From the human T2T-CHM13v2.0 reference genome, Homo sapiens: 64,000 bases of DNA. The DNA lies in the NCBI RefSeq assembly GCF_009914755.1, contig NC_060935.1; one strand, written 5' to 3'. Below, in pieces: positions 58,205-64,000 of the stretch (positions are counted from its first letter, which is position 1; each line of letters starts with the position of its first letter). The position numbers and the translations under genes are program-made. Below the pieces are notes generated by a model. That model ran no database searches. It saw nothing but the letters and a program-made list of their open reading frames with translations, and had not been told where the DNA came from.

Positions 58205-58905
58205 ATCATTCATTCAACATTTAATGAGCACCAATGCATGGTGGTAGTTCCTGGAGATATAATAATAAATAAGACACAGTTCCTGACTTTCAGAAGCTAA
58301 CATCCTAATGCAAGAATCAGACCACTGAGCAGACAAATGATAATACAATTTCACATGTGCAATGACAGAGCTATACACAGGGTACTTACCATAAACAGCA
58401 GATGAACTCAAGGAACACAGCTGGGGCTATTTTGGCACAAACGTCAGGAGAGTGCTGGTGTCATAGCCCAACTAATAAGGAATGTCCAGAGGAGGCCCAC
58501 TGCTCACCTCAGTCTCATCTCTCATCATCACCTTTCTAATGCTCTTTCTTGCCTCTGAGCTTTTGTAAATACTATTCGACTGCCTGGAACATCTTCCCCT
58601 CTCCCATGCCTTTAGTTGGCTAACTCCAATACAGCGCTAGGCCTCTGATTAGAAGTCACTTTCTCCAGTGATTCCTCCTACGTTTGAGGTAGTTATTGTT
58701 CCTAAGAGCTCCTCTAGCACCTTAGGCATCTCCCAATTCTAGTATTTATTACATTCTATCGTAAGCACTTGCTTACTTGACTACAATTCCCCACTAGACA
58801 AAAAACTCAATGAATACAGGAAGTGTGACTACCTTCTCCATTGCCCAGCAGTGTATGGCCATAAGTATGTGCTTGACAAATACTTGTTGAATCAACAAAT
58901 AAACA
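58205..58905. mobile_element. L2 fragments
   Basis: cattcattcaacatttaatgagcacc; tgcctggaacatcttcccc; gtgcttgacaaatacttgttgaat. Confidence 0.65.
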
Positions 58906-58989
58906 CATCAAACATAAACAAGGTCCTAATATTATCTTTGGTTTTGGAATAATAAAAATAAAAGTAATACCAGTCAACAGTATTTGGTG

Positions 58990-59220
58990 GGGCCCTGGAG
59001 TCAGACCACTTATGTTTGAATCCCAGCTCTGAACTTACTGACTGTGTAATCTTGGGCAATTTACCTAACCTCTCTGTGCCAGGCTCCTTTATCTATATGT
59101 GGAGGTAATAACAGTAACGCCTTCATGGGATGTTGTAAGGATTAAATGAGACACTATGAATAAAGGGGCTGGGTACAGTGCCTAGCATATAGTAGCTCTC
59201 AATAAATGTTAGTCATTATC
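58990..59220. mobile_element. MIR SINE, near full length
   Basis: ctggagtcagac...tttgaatcccagctctg..cttactgactgtgtaatcttgggcaatttacctaacctctctgtgcc...aggattaaatgaga. Confidence 0.88.
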
Positions 59221-59328
59221 TCATCATGGGCTTCCAAAAGTGTATTTTCTCTGTGAAAAAAGGCTTCACTTGAGGAATCCTGCATATACTTTCCTCTCAG
59301 AAAGGCACAGTGAGGTGGGCAAAGTGAG

Positions 59329-59739
<411 letters not shown>

Positions 59740-60642
59740 TCACTCAGCAGTTTCTTGTTTGACAGCTGAACCCTCGTTAAAATCCTGCAGTGGTCTCTAG
59801 ATAACAAAAGCTTTATTTACTGTTCACTTCTGCAGGTGAAGACAACCCTAGCTTTGAGTCCCTCTCGGCCTCTACTGGCCACTCCCAGAAGCCGGTGCCA
59901 TCTAATGTTATGGAATGTCTAGCAGTGCCCTTGCCTTTAAAGATGTGAACATGTTTCCATGAGAGGGAACCTCTATGACTAATAAGACAAATAAAAGAAT
60001 AACCCCTTATGTTTGTATCATGTTTTAAAGTGTAGGGAGCACTTCAAGGCAATCATTCCCTCATCCTCATGACAATCCATGTAGGACCGACAGTTCAAGT
60101 ACTATCATCTCTATTGAACAGATGAGGAAACACAGGCTTAAAGAGGTTAGGTGGCCTGCTCAACTTGCAATGCTGGTCGGTGGTAGGCTAGGACTAGACC
60201 CTAAGCCTGAGTGGCTCCATGGCCTCTGCTCTATCTTCTGTACTGTGCAGCTTCTGCCAATGCCCACAGGCCCAAGCCTCATATAACTCAGGGTCGGTTG
60301 ATACCAGCTGAAGCTCAGGGACTAAGCTAACTTCTTTCAAGAATCTCTAGGAAGAAGCCTCTGGCCTCTCAGCTTCCTCTCACTGAAGACTCTATACAAA
60401 TTAAGACCCTGCTGAGGCATCACAGCACCAGTTAGAAGCAGAGCACTTGCCCCTTCTTGCCACTGCTCAGGAATGGCATCTACAATGTGTGTGTATGTGA
60501 GGGAGTTGTCTACAACCCACCAGAAAGGTCTCCGACTTTCCAACTTGGATGAGTTACTTCATCTCATCATTTTCATCTTTTCCACCACCATTCAAACTAA
60601 AAAAAGTGTAGAGAGCTTCAGCATGAAGTGTATTCCAATTAC

Positions 60643-61116
<474 letters not shown>

Positions 61117-61349
61117 TTCAAACAAATTTTCCTTCCCACCTTTTTCCTTTCCTCCTCCCTTCCTGCCACATAGAGGACCCTGGTGACCCCAGTATGACTC
61201 CTCAGCAGGCAGCAACGTGTATTAGAAAGACCATGGGGGCTGGAGTCAGCAAGCCTGGAAAGCAAAACTGACTGTGTGACTTTATTAACATCTGTGAGAT
61301 TCAGCTTCTTCATCTCCAAACAGATAATATCACCTATCTCACAAGAGTC

Positions 61350-62020
61350 AATGGCAAACCTAATTTAAAAAATGGACAAAGGACTGGAATAGACATTTCT
61401 CCAAATAAGACATACAAATGGCCAAAGAGCACATGAACAGATGCTCAATATCACTGGCTATCAGGAAAGTGCAAATCAAAACCACAATGAGGCTGGGGGT
61501 GGTGGCTCCTACCTGTAATCCCAGCACTCTGTGAGTGTGAAACAGGAGGATCATCTGAGGTTGGGAGTTCGAGACCAGCCTGGCTAACATAGTGAAACCC
61601 CGTCTCTACTAAAAAGTACAGAATTAACTAGGGGCTGTGGTGGCACATGCTTGTGGTCCTAGCAACTCAGGAGGCTGAGATGGAGGATCCCTTAAGCCCA
61701 GGAAGTCAATGCTATAGTGAGCCGTGATCACACCATTGCACTCCAGCCTGGAGGACAGAGCAAGACCCTGTCTCAAAAAATAAAATAAGATTCAATTTCT
61801 ATTTAATGTCCAGATTAGGCAAATCTATGGAGACAGAAAGTAAATTAGTGGTTGCCAGGAGCTGGGAATAGTTGAAGAGAAATGGAGAGTGACTGATAAT
61901 GAATACGAGGTCTCTTTATGGAGTGATAAAAATGTCCTAAAACTGATTGTCATAATAGTTTGCACAACTCTTGTGAATATACTATATAAACCATTGAGTT
62001 ATATACTCTAAATGGTGAAG
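61350..62020 (+). mobile_element. Old L1M fragments (ORF2 end and 3'UTR) around an Alu
   Basis: aatagacatttctccaaataagacatacaaatggcc; ggcaaatctatggagacagaaagtaaattagtggttgccagg. Confidence 0.8.
61491..61788 (+). mobile_element. Alu (J/S)
   Basis: Diverged Alu dimer with A-rich tail. Confidence 0.9.
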
Positions 62021-62523
62021 TGCATATAGAACCAAAAAGAGTCCAAACAGCCAAAGCAATCCTAAGCAAAAGAACAAAGCCAAAGGTATCAGACTACCTG
62101 ACTTCAAACTATACTACAAGGCTATAGTGATCAAAACAGCATGGCACTGTACAAAAACAGACACATAGACCAATGGAACAGAATAGAGAACTCAGAAATA
62201 AAGCCACACACCTATACCCAACTGATCTTCAACAAGGTCAACAAATATAAGCAACGGGGAAAGGACTCCCTATTCAATAAATGGTGCTGGGATAACTGGC
62301 TATCCACATGCAGAAGAATGAAGCTGGACCTCTACCTCTCACCATATACAAAAATCAACTCAAGATGGATTAAAGATTTAAGTGTAAAACCTAAAACTAT
62401 AAAAATCCTAGAAGAAAACCTAGGAAATACCCTTCAGGACATCAGCCTTGGCAAAGAATTTATTACTAGGTCCTCAAAAGCAACTATGACAAAAACAAAA
62501 ATTGACAAATGGGGCCTAATTAA

Positions 62524-62980
<457 letters not shown>

Positions 62981-63616
62981 AAGAATCTATAAGGAACTTA
63001 AACAACTCAACAAAGCAAAAAACAAATCCCATTTAAAAAATGGGCCAAAGACAAGGACATTTCTCAAAAGAAGACATACAAGCAACCAACAAACATATGA
63101 AAAAATGTTCAACATCATTAATCATCAGAGAAATGCAAATCAAACCCACAATGAGATACCATCTCGCACCAGTCAGAATGGCTCTTATTGGTGAGGCTGT
63201 AGAGAAAAGAGAATGCTTATACACTGTTGGAGGGAATGTAAATTAGTTCAGCCACTATGGAAAGCTGTTTGGAGATTTCTCAGAGAACTCAGAACTACCA
63301 TTCAACCCAGAAATCTCATTACTGGGTATATATCCAAAAGAAAACAAATCGTTCTACCAAAAAGAAACAGGCACTCATATGTTCATCACAGCACTATTCA
63401 CGATAGCAAAGACACAGAATCAATCTAGGTGCCCATCAGTGGTGGACGGAATAAGGAAAACATGGTACTATACCATGGGATACTACATGGAATACTACAC
63501 AGCCATAAAAAAGAATGAAATCATGTCCTTTGCAACAACATGGATGCAGCTAGAAGCCATCATCCTAAGCAAATTAACACAAGAACAGAAAACCAAATAC
63601 TGCATGTTCTCACTTA

Positions 63617-63913
<297 letters not shown>

Positions 63914-64000
63914 TGCATGTTCTCCCAAAGTGCTGGGATTACAGGCGTGAGCCACTGTGCCCAGCCTACCTGTTCTCACTTATAAGTGGAAGCTAAACAA

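Overview
Primate (most likely human) genomic DNA covering the middle of CLPB (SKD3; mitochondrial ankyrin-repeat/AAA+ disaggregase, human 11q13.4) on the minus strand. Five coding exons are readable, each with canonical AG/GT boundaries and consistent phases: 55333-55461, 26160-26257, 13566-13680, 4987-5064 and 3659-3714. Together they encode (V)LITREDD...[14 protein letters not shown]...SEAKYQEKQRK...[12 protein letters not shown]...[27 protein letters not shown], which spans the ankyrin repeats, the linker and the Walker A motif. Two of these exons are missed by the supplied ORF track. More than 99% of the window is intron, holding about 23 Alu/FLAM copies, old L1, L2, MIR and L3/CR1 fragments, two MaLR LTRs and a MER5A. 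Almost all ORFs in the track are chance or repeat-derived. I see no demonstrably new biological system. The best leads are: (i) repeat-free islands carrying PBX-HOX/MEIS/ONECUT/paired-homeodomain motifs and palindromes in Alu-free zones, possibly long-range enhancers of the neighbouring PHOX2A gene; (ii) splicing architecture around the 129-nt exon (G-runs, flanking inverted Alus) and two in-frame candidate alternative last exons; (iii) several clearly visible local duplication and serial-insertion events. Repeat subfamily calls and repeat boundaries are by eye and approximate.
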